From a virus: 64,000 bases of DNA. The stretch covers positions 4,256 through 68,255 of IMG/VR virus record IMGVR_UViG_3300024999_000091. The stretch is one strand, 5' to 3'. Under the pieces are notes generated by a model, which saw nothing but the letters and a program-made list of their open reading frames with translations, had not been told where the DNA came from and searched no databases. The translations under genes and the position numbers were made by a program. Below, in pieces: positions 49,803-59,274 of this stretch. Positions within the stretch are counted from its first letter, which is position 1. Each line of letters starts with the position of its first letter.

Positions 49803-49985
49803 ATGAACTCGTGGCAGATCAACCAGCAATATCAGCACCAAATGTTCAAAGCTATGTTCCACTTCGACTTCATTTTATATCGGAGCAGACCGGTAGACGC
49901 GCAGGTAATGTATCGCATCAATTTTCCCGAAGCACTTCACTACGTGACGCAAATGCACGATCTCAAGGAGATGAACAGATGCTGA
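49803..49985 (+). CDS. Small hypothetical protein
   Basis: GGAG RBS after the second copy of the structured leader. Confidence 0.55.
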   Translation: MNSWQINQQYQHQMFKAMFHFDFILYRSRPVDAQVMYRINFPEALHYVTQMHDLKEMNRC

Positions 49986-50200
49986 AGACCAGAAAAGCAA
50001 AGCGCCTCCTGTCGAAATGGGAGCAATCCCACCTGACGGCGGTCGGTATCAACCGGGTTGAAGACTTCGACGAGCGGCTGACCGCGATGGCAACAGATCA
50101 GGCGAAGGCCGAGCGAAGAAGCGAGAATGATGTCCCGGTTGTGGTGGTTGGGTTTTGCCCTACCTGTTGGGGGATTGGCAAGAAGTTGAAAATGATATAG
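49979..50200 (+). CDS. Small hypothetical protein
   Basis: AAGGAG RBS; CPTC. Confidence 0.55.
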   Translation: MLKTRKAKRLLSKWEQSHLTAVGINRVEDFDERLTAMATDQAKAERRSENDVPVVVVGFCPTCWGIGKKLKMI

Positions 50201-50219
50201 AAGAATATCAACCAAGGAA

Positions 50220-50489
50220 ATGAATATGAAAATAACGCACATTACACGGAAAATATCCGGAAATAATTATGACAATATATCGGTCACCGCTGAATTGGCG
50301 GATGGCGATGATCCAGTAAGATGCGCTGTTGACCTTGATGAAAAAGCATATGAAATGCTTCGTAAAATCAAAGAAAACGAAGAGTCAAGGAACAAAAAGG
50401 AAGAGTCAGTCAGAGAGTTGAAAAACAGGATAGAACAACTGCTTTGGCGTATCAATAACGGTGAAGACGTAGGCTATATCCCTTTCTAA
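50220..50489 (+). CDS. Hypothetical protein
   Basis: AAGGA RBS; ends in IPF, like an SSB-type tail. Confidence 0.65.
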   Translation: MNMKITHITRKISGNNYDNISVTAELADGDDPVRCAVDLDEKAYEMLRKIKENEESRNKKEESVRELKNRIEQLLWRINNGEDVGYIPF

Positions 50490-50507
50490 TCCAACTGGAA
50501 CTTCTAC

Positions 50508-50547
50508 AAAAGGCCCCGCTGGTTTCCCGGCAGGGCCTTTCTATTTT
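50508..50547. terminator. Bidirectional terminator
   Basis: AAAGGCCC...GGGCCTTT hairpin between convergent operons. Confidence 0.7.
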
Positions 50548-50717
50548 CAATCCACCAGATATTCTTCAGTCACGAACGCGCACACCACTTCGACAAGTTC
50601 CGCCCTCATCGAATCCACGATCACGGTAGCATGCGGGTGCATGTTGTCGTTCAGCCATTTAATGAGCGGCCGCACGGTTTTCTCGAATTCTTTTCTTTGA
50701 TCTTCGGTGAGTGTCAT
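50547..50717 (-). CDS. Small protein (56 aa), paralog of 55255..55425
   Basis: RPLIKWLNDNMHPHAT shared; GGAGG RBS. Confidence 0.7.
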   Translation of the reverse strand: MTLTEDQRKEFEKTVRPLIKWLNDNMHPHATVIVDSMRAELVEVVCAFVTEEYLVD

Positions 50718-51127
50718 CTTCCATCCTCCGGCAGTACTGGTAATGGTTTTCCGAGAAGCTCAACAACCTTGGCGTAAATCTTCTTGATCGTCGGCCAACT
50801 CACCGGCACCTTCTCGGTAATCGTCTCATCCGCATTCGGAAAAGTCTCACATAAATTACACTCACCGCAGTCGCAGTAATCAGGATTTCGCACCTCGATA
50901 CTCTCGTAGAACTCGCCCATGAGCGCACCTTTGGCACCGTTTTCAGCGGTGAGGCGTAGCGGCATGGCGATCATGTCGGCGGCCGGTGCGCGGCTGTCCC
51001 AGGCGGCTTGCCATGAAATTTTCATGGCTTCGATGTTTGCGTGATCGAATATGTATTCAGATAGGGGGTATTCCCCGGCAAACCACTCTCCAAACGCCTT
51101 CCGGCACTCACTCAATTCTTCATCCAT
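50714..51127 (-). CDS. Hypothetical protein with Cys cluster
   Basis: LTAENGAKGALMGEF...CDCGECNLC...VSWPTIK; start probably at MDEEL. Confidence 0.65.
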   Translation of the reverse strand: MDEELSECRKAFGEWFAGEYPLSEYIFDHANIEAMKISWQAAWDSRAPAADMIAMPLRLTAENGAKGALMGEFYESIEVRNPDYCDCGECNLCETFPNADETITEKVPVSWPTIKKIYAKVVELLGKPLPVLPEDGR

Positions 51128-51185
51128 CACACACCCCTTGTACTCTGAAAATTTTTCCCGAAATGACCAATCACCACACGATTTT

Positions 51186-51374
51186 TTACTCTGCCGCCCC
51201 CCCCATCGATAGGAATTTACCGTCGATATCGAATTCAAACTCGGTGAAGAAACCAGGATATCCTTCAACCTTATCCATTCCTTCATCGCAGATCACCGAT
51301 TTCCCTTCTTCCCTAAAGCCAACTCCGAATTCGCTCAACAATTTTAGCAACTTCTCCTTATCCGTCATGTCCAT
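51186..51374 (-). CDS. Small hypothetical protein
   Basis: AAGG RBS; operon packing. Confidence 0.55.
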   Translation of the reverse strand: MDMTDKEKLLKLLSEFGVGFREEGKSVICDEGMDKVEGYPGFFTEFEFDIDGKFLSMGGAAE

Positions 51375-51564
51375 TTACCTTGTTTTGAAAGGGAGAAACT
51401 ATCTTGATTTCGGTTAAATACAGTTTCCCATTATACTGATAACCAACAACAATTCCACAATACCAACTGAAGCGAAACTTTTTGCCATACTCTTTCGCTT
51501 CAGCGATCACGCAATCAGCGGAGACACAATTTTCAAGCATCTCCTCGGAAAAGAAAGTTTTCAC
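51358..51564 (-). CDS. Small hypothetical protein
   Basis: GGAGGTGAG RBS before GTG. Confidence 0.55.
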   Translation of the reverse strand: MKTFFSEEMLENCVSADCVIAEAKEYGKKFRFSWYCGIVVGYQYNGKLYLTEIKIVSPFQNKVNGHDG

Positions 51565-51573
51565 CTCACCTCC

Positions 51574-52074
51574 TCACGGTCCTTCAAACCGATATACCCC
51601 ACATTCACCTGTCCGGTCACCAGGCTCTAAACGACGGATCGTGCAGAGCCACATAATAGCCGCCACGCACCCGTCATGAATTTTTTCCAGATGAAAACCG
51701 ATTCCCCGCTCTTGATCAAAAGCGCTCGCCAATCCATGATATGCACTCGCGATATACCCGAGCGCCTCCATGGTCTTCCTGGTCTTCTCGCTTCCATCCG
51801 GTTTCCAGGAGACAACCTGCATCTCACTCACAGCCCACTTCCGGCACATCGCCGCGAGCTGCACCAGTTCGATATGGAGGTCGGTATTGCGCTCTGGGGC
51901 ATTTTCCGTGCTTTTGTGGAAGGCCTCAACCACCTCGTAAAACTCCTCGGTGAGCGCGCCGAATGCTTCCCACTTGCTGAGGAAGTGGCCATTGATACGG
52001 ATTGCCCGGGCCAGTTCGGCTTCCACTTCGGCGAGGATTTCTTCCGTGGTGGCTGACAGGTTAATTTTGACCAT
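51574..52074 (-). CDS. MazG-like/all-alpha NTP pyrophosphatase-like protein
   Basis: EAFGALTEEFYEV...ELVQLAAM. Confidence 0.5.
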   Translation of the reverse strand: MVKINLSATTEEILAEVEAELARAIRINGHFLSKWEAFGALTEEFYEVVEAFHKSTENAPERNTDLHIELVQLAAMCRKWAVSEMQVVSWKPDGSEKTRKTMEALGYIASAYHGLASAFDQERGIGFHLEKIHDGCVAAIMWLCTIRRLEPGDRTGECGVYRFEGP

Positions 52075-52861
52075 TCCGCCCCCTGTGCTTCTCGACAACC
52101 GCGTTGATACTGTCCTTCCAGCGGATAATCGGATCGTCATTGTACCTTTCGTAAAGAGCCATTATCTGCCCATCGTTTTGCAACTCCTCAAGCCACTCAA
52201 CTTCTTTCCGGTATTTTCCCGGCACCCGCAACCTGGCCTTGTTCATCTTGCCAATCCATATCGTATCGGTGACAAATTTCCTGATCAACTCGACCAATTT
52301 TACCGTTCCCTCGAAACCTTGGAGCATTGGCTCAATCGAAACTGAGGTGTGATATCCGCCCAAGAATGCACTCACGAGACACGTGTGCCTTTCATTTGGC
52401 TCGGTCGCTCCAGGTTCCCAGAAGAGAGAAATGGAAGGATCAGTGGTTCCCATAGTGAACCGGAAAAGTATTTGGCTCTGGCGCCCCATGAAAGCATCGA
52501 TCATTTTCTCCACACATTCCAGTCGAGGCTTTGAAACGATCAGGAGTTTATTACCGCTTTCAAGAATCAAATTTGCCACTCGAATATAAGCGTCCACATT
52601 GAAAGGCGTGATATCGTGGCTACTGGGGAACATGATAACGCCATCCCTGGCGGGGTAATGCTTGATATCTGCCCGCTTCGTTAACTCCTCCCGCGCCCAA
52701 TCTTCCCTTTTCCTTTGGCCAAACCTGTTGGCATTGCTGGCAGCATAACAATAGAGGCAGTTGTTCGCGCATCCGCGGCATATGTTTTCATTCACCTCGG
52801 CCCATTCGGCCGTACCTGTGCCAACTCTCTTTTTATCGAAATCGTTTCCCATCAAACCCAC
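52061..52861 (-). CDS. Radical SAM protein
   Basis: GCANNCLYCYA (CxxxCxxC), SSHD, SVSIEP. Confidence 0.85.
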   Translation of the reverse strand: MGLMGNDFDKKRVGTGTAEWAEVNENICRGCANNCLYCYAASNANRFGQRKREDWAREELTKRADIKHYPARDGVIMFPSSHDITPFNVDAYIRVANLILESGNKLLIVSKPRLECVEKMIDAFMGRQSQILFRFTMGTTDPSISLFWEPGATEPNERHTCLVSAFLGGYHTSVSIEPMLQGFEGTVKLVELIRKFVTDTIWIGKMNKARLRVPGKYRKEVEWLEELQNDGQIMALYERYNDDPIIRWKDSINAVVEKHRGRNGQN

Positions 52862-53325
52862 CCCCTCGCCTGATAACCTTTCGCGTAAGATTCAGCCTGC
52901 ATGCGACCAAGTTCAGCAGGCGTCAATTTCTTTTTGGCCTTCTTCTTTTCATCCGGTTTTTCCACCTCGACCTTTGGCGGCTCAACTGGGGGAGCGGCGA
53001 ACTGCTTTTGAGCCTCTTCGCTCTTCGTCTTATTCATCGATCGCAAGCGACTGGCGATCCTGCCGGTCGTTTCCGCCACCCGCTGCTTTTTCCTGGCCTT
53101 CACCGGCGCACCCTCGCAAGTGCAATATTTCTTACTCTTCCGGCGCAACTGATCGACCCGCAACACCCGCTCGTGGCCGCACTTGTGCCGGCAGAGCCAT
53201 GTGGTTGGCCGGTTATTGCCGACGGCGACCACAGACAGCACTTCCCAATCACCAAACTTGCTGCCGGAATAGTCCTTGAAATTCGGACCGTCTACTCCTT
53301 TTCCCATTACGTATTGATCAGCCAT
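52852..53325 (-). CDS. Basic protein with N-terminus like AP2/HNH-associated domains
   Basis: G.KFGDWEVL...WLCRHKCG; no catalytic HNH seen. Confidence 0.5.
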   Translation of the reverse strand: MADQYVMGKGVDGPNFKDYSGSKFGDWEVLSVVAVGNNRPTTWLCRHKCGHERVLRVDQLRRKSKKYCTCEGAPVKARKKQRVAETTGRIASRLRSMNKTKSEEAQKQFAAPPVEPPKVEVEKPDEKKKAKKKLTPAELGRMQAESYAKGYQARGWV

Positions 53326-53539
53326 TTGATTTTTCCTTTACCGTTGCGGCATCCGCATCCTTTCTGCGCTGCACAGCTTTTAACACTTCTGCCAAATCAT
53401 CAGTGGTCAAAAGAAAGTCGGCATTATCGTTCTCAGGCGATCGAACGAGAAGCGTGATTTTCTTACCTGGCTTAAAGCATCTCTCAATCTGTCCCAATTT
53501 TTCTTCACAGTAATCTGCTACATCATCCAGTTTGCTCAT
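53318..53539 (-). CDS. Hypothetical protein
   Basis: Coupled ORF. Confidence 0.6.
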   Translation of the reverse strand: MSKLDDVADYCEEKLGQIERCFKPGKKITLLVRSPENDNADFLLTTDDLAEVLKAVQRRKDADAATVKEKSNG

Positions 53540-53967
53540 TTGCCTTCCTCCAGAATCTTTTCGATATCGTTAAGATATTCCAGTAATATTGTTTCCCTTT
53601 CATTGCATTCCCATTCGTAACAAAGAAGAATATCCTCTCTCCAGAATTTCACAGCCGCCCGTATCGCCTCAATCTGACGCTCTACCTGCGTTTTAGCCTG
53701 CGATAGCTCGCAGTTTTCACATTCTACGAGTCGCCGTGCGGCGGAGGTATTCTGTATGATCTTGGTGGATTTATCTTGGTACTCCCAAAAATTTCCGCGA
53801 CCGTCCGTTACTCGATAAAATACACCTGGATTCATGCGGCCTATTCGGCGTTTTTCCTCGACGAATATCCCTTCCTTTAGCGGGTTATTCTCGCTGGCGT
53901 AAATGCCAATAACTTTGTCGCCAAATTTTGGCCGGCGTGTTTTTCCGTTCTGGTTGTCGCTCATCAT
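53536..53967 (-). CDS. Hypothetical protein
   Basis: Coupled ORF. Confidence 0.6.
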   Translation of the reverse strand: MMSDNQNGKTRRPKFGDKVIGIYASENNPLKEGIFVEEKRRIGRMNPGVFYRVTDGRGNFWEYQDKSTKIIQNTSAARRLVECENCELSQAKTQVERQIEAIRAAVKFWREDILLCYEWECNERETILLEYLNDIEKILEEGK

Positions 53968-54431
53968 TTCTTTCTCCCATGTTTTTCAGAAAAAGACATC
54001 CACCCCTTCGGCATCCTTGGGGAATAAACCTCACCACAAGGCTTTATCCCTTTCCACGCCGGATCACAGAACAACCGATAGTGCCACACCTCAAGTTGTT
54101 TTCCTTTGGCGGTATGTGGCGGCTCGATCCACAGCAATCGAACATCGTCGCCAAAAAACGCTTTTGCCAACACCTCGGCCCGGCGAGCAAGGTATCCATC
54201 CTCGAAAGAAATCGACAAATGGTAGCATTGTTCGTAGTCAGGATTTTTCCACCACCCACAAGAATGATATCCAGCATCCCGGGTGAAGATCACCTTGGCT
54301 CGCTGCGGCACGAAGAAACTCCGGCAGGCAATCAGGTAATCGAAGGTGTCGTTCGTCCCATCGAAAGTACCGGTCATCGCCCTGGCTTTGGCGTTTACCA
54401 CCAAGTCTTGAAGGTTGAAATAATCAGTCAT
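53964..54431 (-). CDS. Hypothetical phage protein
   Basis: GYHSCGWWKNPDYEQCYHLSISF motif; coupled. Confidence 0.65.
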   Translation of the reverse strand: MTDYFNLQDLVVNAKARAMTGTFDGTNDTFDYLIACRSFFVPQRAKVIFTRDAGYHSCGWWKNPDYEQCYHLSISFEDGYLARRAEVLAKAFFGDDVRLLWIEPPHTAKGKQLEVWHYRLFCDPAWKGIKPCGEVYSPRMPKGWMSFSEKHGRKK

Positions 54432-54817
54432 GATCCAGCCCCCATAACTTCCGAGTTGTACCGCTCTTCATCTATCCCTCTCAACTCGACGAGAAGTTGC
54501 CCGGCCTGGTTCCCCCATGTCGAAGGGTGAAGGCCATCAGTGTTGCGGATGAGACGGGCGAGGCGGTAGAGGATATTATCCTTCTTCCCTTTCGGCGGCG
54601 TCCACCCGAGTTTGATCAACTGTTTTTTGATCTCTTCTTCCTGTGTGTTCATCACCAACATTGTGATGTTTTCTCGGATACTACCAAGGTGAGAAACGAC
54701 CTCGGAGAAGATCACCTCATCCTTCACTGACGTTTTAATCTCATAACCAGCCGAAAACCTATTTGTCGATTCTTCCTGCTCCGCCCAATACGGCTTGTAC
54801 TGTTTTTGACCACTCAC
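54428..54817 (-). CDS. Hypothetical protein
   Basis: GGAGG RBS; LIKLGWTPP. Confidence 0.6.
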   Translation of the reverse strand: MSGQKQYKPYWAEQEESTNRFSAGYEIKTSVKDEVIFSEVVSHLGSIRENITMLVMNTQEEEIKKQLIKLGWTPPKGKKDNILYRLARLIRNTDGLHPSTWGNQAGQLLVELRGIDEERYNSEVMGAGS

Positions 54818-54955
54818 TCACCCGCCTCCCGATGATTTTAAACAGCGTATACGCCTCTCTAACATCATTATGTAGCTTGCCACGTACGTTCTTGTGCGCG
54901 GCACCTTGTTCTTCCGCCTACAGTCAACCTCGCAAGCACAGAAGGCAAACCAGCC

Positions 54956-55111
54956 TTACGCTTTACCCCTGATATTGCCCTCGATGCACTCAGGGCATTT
55001 CACGAACAACCCAGTGCTCGTTTTTCCGACTTTCGTCTTATGCTTTTCGCAGTACGATTGCCGTCGGTCGAGTTTGTAGCATTTGCCGCAGAAGTCTCTT
55101 GGCTCTCTCAT
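54956..55111 (-). CDS. Small Zn-finger protein
   Basis: CGKC...C...CPEC. Confidence 0.5.
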   Translation of the reverse strand: MREPRDFCGKCYKLDRRQSYCEKHKTKVGKTSTGLFVKCPECIEGNIRGKA

Positions 55112-55147
55112 TTTTCTCTCTGGTTGATGTTCAGTTACTATCGGGCA

Positions 55148-55250
55148 TGAACGGTGACGCGGAATCGAACCGCGCAGCACCCGGCTTCCCCACTGATAGA
55201 ATCAGCGCCAGGCTTTAGGAGTGCATTCTACCTTTCTGCCACACCGTTCA
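55148..55250 (-). ncRNA. tRNA-like element (pseudo-tRNA or tRNA mimic)
   Basis: Acceptor stem TGAACGGTG/CACCGTTCA, D-arm TGGCAGAAAGGTAGAATGC, T-arm CGCGG-TTCGATT-CCGCG; non-canonical anticodon region; no CCA. Confidence 0.6.
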
Positions 55251-55254
55251 TTTT

Positions 55255-55425
55255 TCAGTCTTTCAGGTAGTCTTCTGTGGTGAAAGCGCAAACACCTTCC
55301 ACCAGTTCAGCATGTGTGGTGTCGATGATAATCGTAGCGTGAGGATGCATATTATCGTTCAGCCACTTTATTAAAGGTCGTGATAATTCTTCAAATTCTT
55401 TGCGTTTCTGCTCATTCGTTTTCAT
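55255..55425 (-). CDS. Small protein (56 aa), paralog of 50547..50717
   Basis: MKTNEQKRKEFEELSRPLIKWLNDNMHPHAT...; GGAGG RBS. Confidence 0.7.
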   Translation of the reverse strand: MKTNEQKRKEFEELSRPLIKWLNDNMHPHATIIIDTTHAELVEGVCAFTTEDYLKD

Positions 55426-55582
55426 CTTCGTATACCTCCACCAGTTCGTGATATTCTCTCAGACTCTCGGCAACTTTTTCCGCTGAGTCTTTCGACATCA
55501 GGCCAGTTTTTACCCACTCGCCAAACTCCGGGTTAACCTGCCTCCAGTATTTTACTCGATACTTTTGATTGCGATTTTTCAT
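55412..55582 (-). CDS. Small hypothetical protein (56 aa)
   Basis: AGAGG RBS just downstream of the inversion site; MKNRNQKYRVKYW... Confidence 0.6.
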   Translation of the reverse strand: MKNRNQKYRVKYWRQVNPEFGEWVKTGLMSKDSAEKVAESLREYHELVEVYEDENE

Positions 55583-55595
55583 AGGTGCCTCTGGT

Positions 55596-55608
55596 TGATT
55601 GTACTTTC
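55596..55608 (-). other. Left inversion site GAAAGTACAATCA
   Basis: 12/13 inverted match to 63874..63886; end point of the large inverted repeat. Confidence 0.8.
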
Positions 55609-55632
55609 TTAGTGGTCACAACCGGCCGCCAC

Positions 55633-56970
55633 CTAGTTTATTTCCTGAACCATATCGCCGAACCTACACCGGCCCCCATCAAAGAACATTTTCACAGTTC
55701 CAGGATCGCCGTATCTGTTTTTCCTCACGATTATTTCAGCCAATCCTCGTAACGGATTGTCTTCTGACGTGTTATACACCTCATCCCGATAGATGAAGGC
55801 AATAACCCCTGCATCTTGTTCAATCGAACCAGATTCCCGGAGATCAGACATCATTGGTTTCTTGTCCGGTCGCTCATCACATTTCCGGGAAAGCTGTGAT
55901 AGGGCAATGACCGGCACATTTAAATCTTTCGACAAAGCCTTAAGCCCTGCAGAAATTGCGGTAATCTCTTGCTCCCTGGAAACTGCCTTGGCTTTCCCGA
56001 GTTGCATATAATCGACAACCACCAGGCCAATAGATCGCCTCATGGCCTGGATTTTCGCTCTGGCTTGAATTTGGGTGATACCAAGGGCAGAGCTTTCATC
56101 AATGGTGATTGGCAGTTTCTTTAGAAAAATTGCCGCTTCCTGAACAGCCTTTAATTGATCAGGCGTCATTAAACCCCGATCCATTTTTTTGGTGTTCACG
56201 CCAGAGATGGTCGAGATGAGTTTTTGTACCAGCCTTTCAGATGCCATTTCCATTGAGAAAATCAACACCCCCGTCCCGGCCTTAGCCACATGATGGGCGA
56301 TATTCATGACAAATGTGGTTTTCCCCATCGCTGGCCGGCCGGCAATAATAGTCACCTCTGCTTTTTGTAGGCCTCCAATCAGGCTGTCGAAATCAGCAAA
56401 TCCGGTTGGAAGCCCAAACGTGTCTTTCTCACCATTATGGATTTCGGTGATGTGTTTGAGTAACGAATCAGTGATGACGGAGATATCCCTGGTATATTCG
56501 GTGTCATCGGTGGACAGATTAACGATCTCCTGGCCAAACTCATTCACCAGATCATTTACCGGGGCACCGTCATAGCATGATCCGGCGATTTCTTCGGCGA
56601 CCTTGATCAACTGCCGTGCTTTCGCCTTCTCTTTCACGATCTGGCAAAAATCTTTTATTCTTGACCTTATCGGGACCACAGCACAAAGCGATGACAGGTA
56701 TGCGAAACCTCCGACCTCCTCAAGTTTCGAAATATCCTTCAGGAAAGACGAAACGGTTACAAGGTCGACGTTGACCCTCTTGTGCCAAAGAGAATAAATT
56801 GCCTCAAAAATACTTCGGTGATGCGTCTTGTAAAAATCCTGCGGGGCAAGCTCTGCGACTACGGTTGTCACAGCGTCTGGGTAAAGCATGCATGTGCCGA
56901 TGATAGACATCTCGGCCTCTATATTCTGCGGCGGGACTCTTGTTGATTGAAGACTGTGCGGCGCGTTCAT
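55633..56970 (-). CDS. dnaB: Replicative DNA helicase
   Basis: Identical to 2776..4113. Confidence 0.97.
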   Translation of the reverse strand: MNAPHSLQSTRVPPQNIEAEMSIIGTCMLYPDAVTTVVAELAPQDFYKTHHRSIFEAIYSLWHKRVNVDLVTVSSFLKDISKLEEVGGFAYLSSLCAVVPIRSRIKDFCQIVKEKAKARQLIKVAEEIAGSCYDGAPVNDLVNEFGQEIVNLSTDDTEYTRDISVITDSLLKHITEIHNGEKDTFGLPTGFADFDSLIGGLQKAEVTIIAGRPAMGKTTFVMNIAHHVAKAGTGVLIFSMEMASERLVQKLISTISGVNTKKMDRGLMTPDQLKAVQEAAIFLKKLPITIDESSALGITQIQARAKIQAMRRSIGLVVVDYMQLGKAKAVSREQEITAISAGLKALSKDLNVPVIALSQLSRKCDERPDKKPMMSDLRESGSIEQDAGVIAFIYRDEVYNTSEDNPLRGLAEIIVRKNRYGDPGTVKMFFDGGRCRFGDMVQEIN

Positions 56971-57914
56971 AACTCAACCTTCTGGTATGATGAGCATGTT
57001 TTACGGCCCTCTTTCCAGCATGTGGTTTGGTGGTTGAGTTTGTAATTGCATCGCTCGCAGTCGAATAATTTATTGCTACCATCTTCCCCGAGTGAATCCT
57101 CCCACCTTCTCCCCGACAACCAACCTTGGGCGTACTTTGGTGTTTTCCCCTGAGCGATAATTCTCGGTCTCTCTGCTGCTTCGATTCTTGCGGCGTTTAT
57201 AATGGCGTCGACGAGATTTTGCGAATATACGTCCAACCAGGCGTCAGCTGCCTCAGCTTTTGCTTTCGGGTAAGCAAAAGCTGCCCAGAAAAGATTGAAA
57301 TTTTCAAGAACCTTTCCTTTTAATTTTCGTTTTTTCTTTGAAAGGTAAAAAGTCTCTTCTTCAACCTCTTTTACTCCACCGTCTTCGTCAGAAGCGGAAA
57401 GGTTGTTATTATTCTGTTCCTGTTCCTGTTCCTGTTCCTGTATTGGCATATGGTTTCGACATGGTTCCCTAAACCCTTCGGCAAACCCTTCGGCAAACCC
57501 TTTACCTAACCCTTCGCAACATGCTTTTATTAATAAGTAATTCTCGTTTTTCAATGGTCCGTCAGGCAACTCTGAAAACAGTTTTCCCCACATTTTTACC
57601 ACATTCGGATTTGCCGGTTTATTGTGTTTCAGAAAGTTTGGAAGAAGGATAGTAAGGGTCCTTTCGTCATATTTAAACAAACCTGCTTTTAACCCTTCGG
57701 CAAACCCTTTGCCAAACCCTTCGAGGTTCATTCGAGACTCTTCAAGGAGCGATGCTTTCCCCGCCTTAAAGCAACCGAATGGTGATGAAAACGTTGTGGT
57801 GAGGAGGTGAAGAAAAACGAGTTTTCCATAGTCGGACATATAAGGAAATTTATCATCATTCCATATCAGACAATGCACTGTCCTGTATCTTGTCGATGAT
57901 GTGCCCACAGTCAC
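56967..57914 (-). CDS. Phage replication initiator
   Basis: Identical to 1832..2779. Confidence 0.85.
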   Translation of the reverse strand: MTVGTSSTRYRTVHCLIWNDDKFPYMSDYGKLVFLHLLTTTFSSPFGCFKAGKASLLEESRMNLEGFGKGFAEGLKAGLFKYDERTLTILLPNFLKHNKPANPNVVKMWGKLFSELPDGPLKNENYLLIKACCEGLGKGFAEGFAEGFREPCRNHMPIQEQEQEQEQNNNNLSASDEDGGVKEVEEETFYLSKKKRKLKGKVLENFNLFWAAFAYPKAKAEAADAWLDVYSQNLVDAIINAARIEAAERPRIIAQGKTPKYAQGWLSGRRWEDSLGEDGSNKLFDCERCNYKLNHQTTCWKEGRKTCSSYQKVEL

Positions 57915-58070
57915 ACCCTATGATTATCAATCAGTTCTTCGTGAACATCCTGCGAGAAAGGCATTCCAGATTCAAAAATTTCTCGTTTCTCCTTGGAGTA
58001 CTCGCGCAATCTTTCTATCCAATCTTCAAAATCATCATCTATGTCATCTTTTTCTCGCATAGGTTTCACC

Positions 58071-58164
58071 AAAAAAAATGGCAAGCAGCTGGACCTATTC
58101 CACCTTCCAAGGGCACAGGTACCCAAGGTGGAATAGTTTGGCACGTCCAGCTGCTTGCCATTTT
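58071..58164 (-). ncRNA. C4/CI-like hairpin (copy)
   Basis: Mirror of 1582..1675. Confidence 0.55.
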
Positions 58165-58306
58165 AAAAAAGTTTCGATTATTCAACATGTCACCTGTAAT
58201 TCTGGTTTATCGCCCTTACTGCGCGGGTGCCATCCGCTAAGCGATGGCGTAAGAATACCATACTACATAGAACAGTCAAACTTTTTGAACAACTTAGTAC
58301 AAATTA

Positions 58307-59035
58307 TTATCCTACGTAAACTGTTTTACCGGTCGTTTCTGCAACTAATTTCTTAAACATCGCCTCATGGCTATTCGCCGACGAGAGATGAAGAAGATGA
58401 ATTTCCTTCAACCTGCTTTTATCCATCTGCCTTAGGAGGTCTACTACCCGCTGAATGCTCATGTGGCTCTTTATAATCCGCCAGCAGCGCTCTTTTTCGA
58501 CCAATCCGGACGCCACGTTCTCGGCGAGGATCTTCTCGCAAAAATTCGCCTCGATCATCAGGTGCGTAACCCCTGAGAATCGATACTTGCAATAGGCAAG
58601 ATCGGTTATAAAGAGGACCTTCTCATCACCGGACGCAATAATGAATCCAAGTGGTTCTTCAGCATCATGAACCACGTCGAACGGCAGCACGGTCCATCCG
58701 CCAACCGTGAATTGCTGCAGCGCCTGGACGTGATTCATGCGGTGACCGGTCGCTCCGATCTGTTCTGCGGCACCTTTGCTCATAAAAACATCCACTCCGG
58801 CTATCATCATATCCTTTACCGCCTTCGCATGATCGCCATGGCCGTGACTGACCAGGCACCCAGCAGATGACGACAACTGAAAACCCATCGCTTCTTTGAT
58901 CTTCGCAATACTGATTCCGGCCTCGATAACAAGTTTCGATTTCCCGTTATCGAGGAGGTAGCAGTTGCCGGATGATGATGAGGCAATTGTGGTTATTTTG
59001 ATCATGGGTTTTGGCAAATATTCAGTTATAACCAA
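58307..59035 (-). CDS. MBL-fold metallo-hydrolase
   Basis: Identical to 711..1439. Confidence 0.9.
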   Translation of the reverse strand: MVITEYLPKPMIKITTIASSSSGNCYLLDNGKSKLVIEAGISIAKIKEAMGFQLSSSAGCLVSHGHGDHAKAVKDMMIAGVDVFMSKGAAEQIGATGHRMNHVQALQQFTVGGWTVLPFDVVHDAEEPLGFIIASGDEKVLFITDLAYCKYRFSGVTHLMIEANFCEKILAENVASGLVEKERCWRIIKSHMSIQRVVDLLRQMDKSRLKEIHLLHLSSANSHEAMFKKLVAETTGKTVYVG

Positions 59036-59042
59036 TCTTTTC

Positions 59043-59267
59043 CTAACGTTGAGAATTCCATAAATCAGCTATGCGTTGTGCCACTATGCACTGCATTTCA
59101 TATGACATGTTGTAATTATAGGTCGATGTGCATAGGGCCGTGCTGGTGCCGTCTGGCAGAGTTATCCGTACTGTCGGCTGACGGCGATTATCCCTGCTCC
59201 GCTTGACGTATGCCAAGCCATTCTGGAAGTCTTTGATATTGTCAGTGGTGAACCTTATTTCAGACAT
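59043..59267 (-). CDS. Hypothetical protein
   Basis: Identical to 479..703. Confidence 0.6.
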   Translation of the reverse strand: MSEIRFTTDNIKDFQNGLAYVKRSRDNRRQPTVRITLPDGTSTALCTSTYNYNMSYEMQCIVAQRIADLWNSQR

Positions 59268-59274
59268 GTTAACC

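Noticed and set aside
51141-51167. Weak look-alike of the cassette leader (AAAATTTTTCCCGAAATGA)
   Set aside because: Opposite orientation to the local genes, and it lacks TGAGTA and GGAG; too weak to call.
52852-53325. Active homing endonuclease
   Set aside because: Only the N-terminal-type motif is present; no HNH catalytic residues.
54363-54369. Another GAAAGTA core
   Set aside because: It lies inside a CDS and lacks the downstream ATCA arm; expected by chance.
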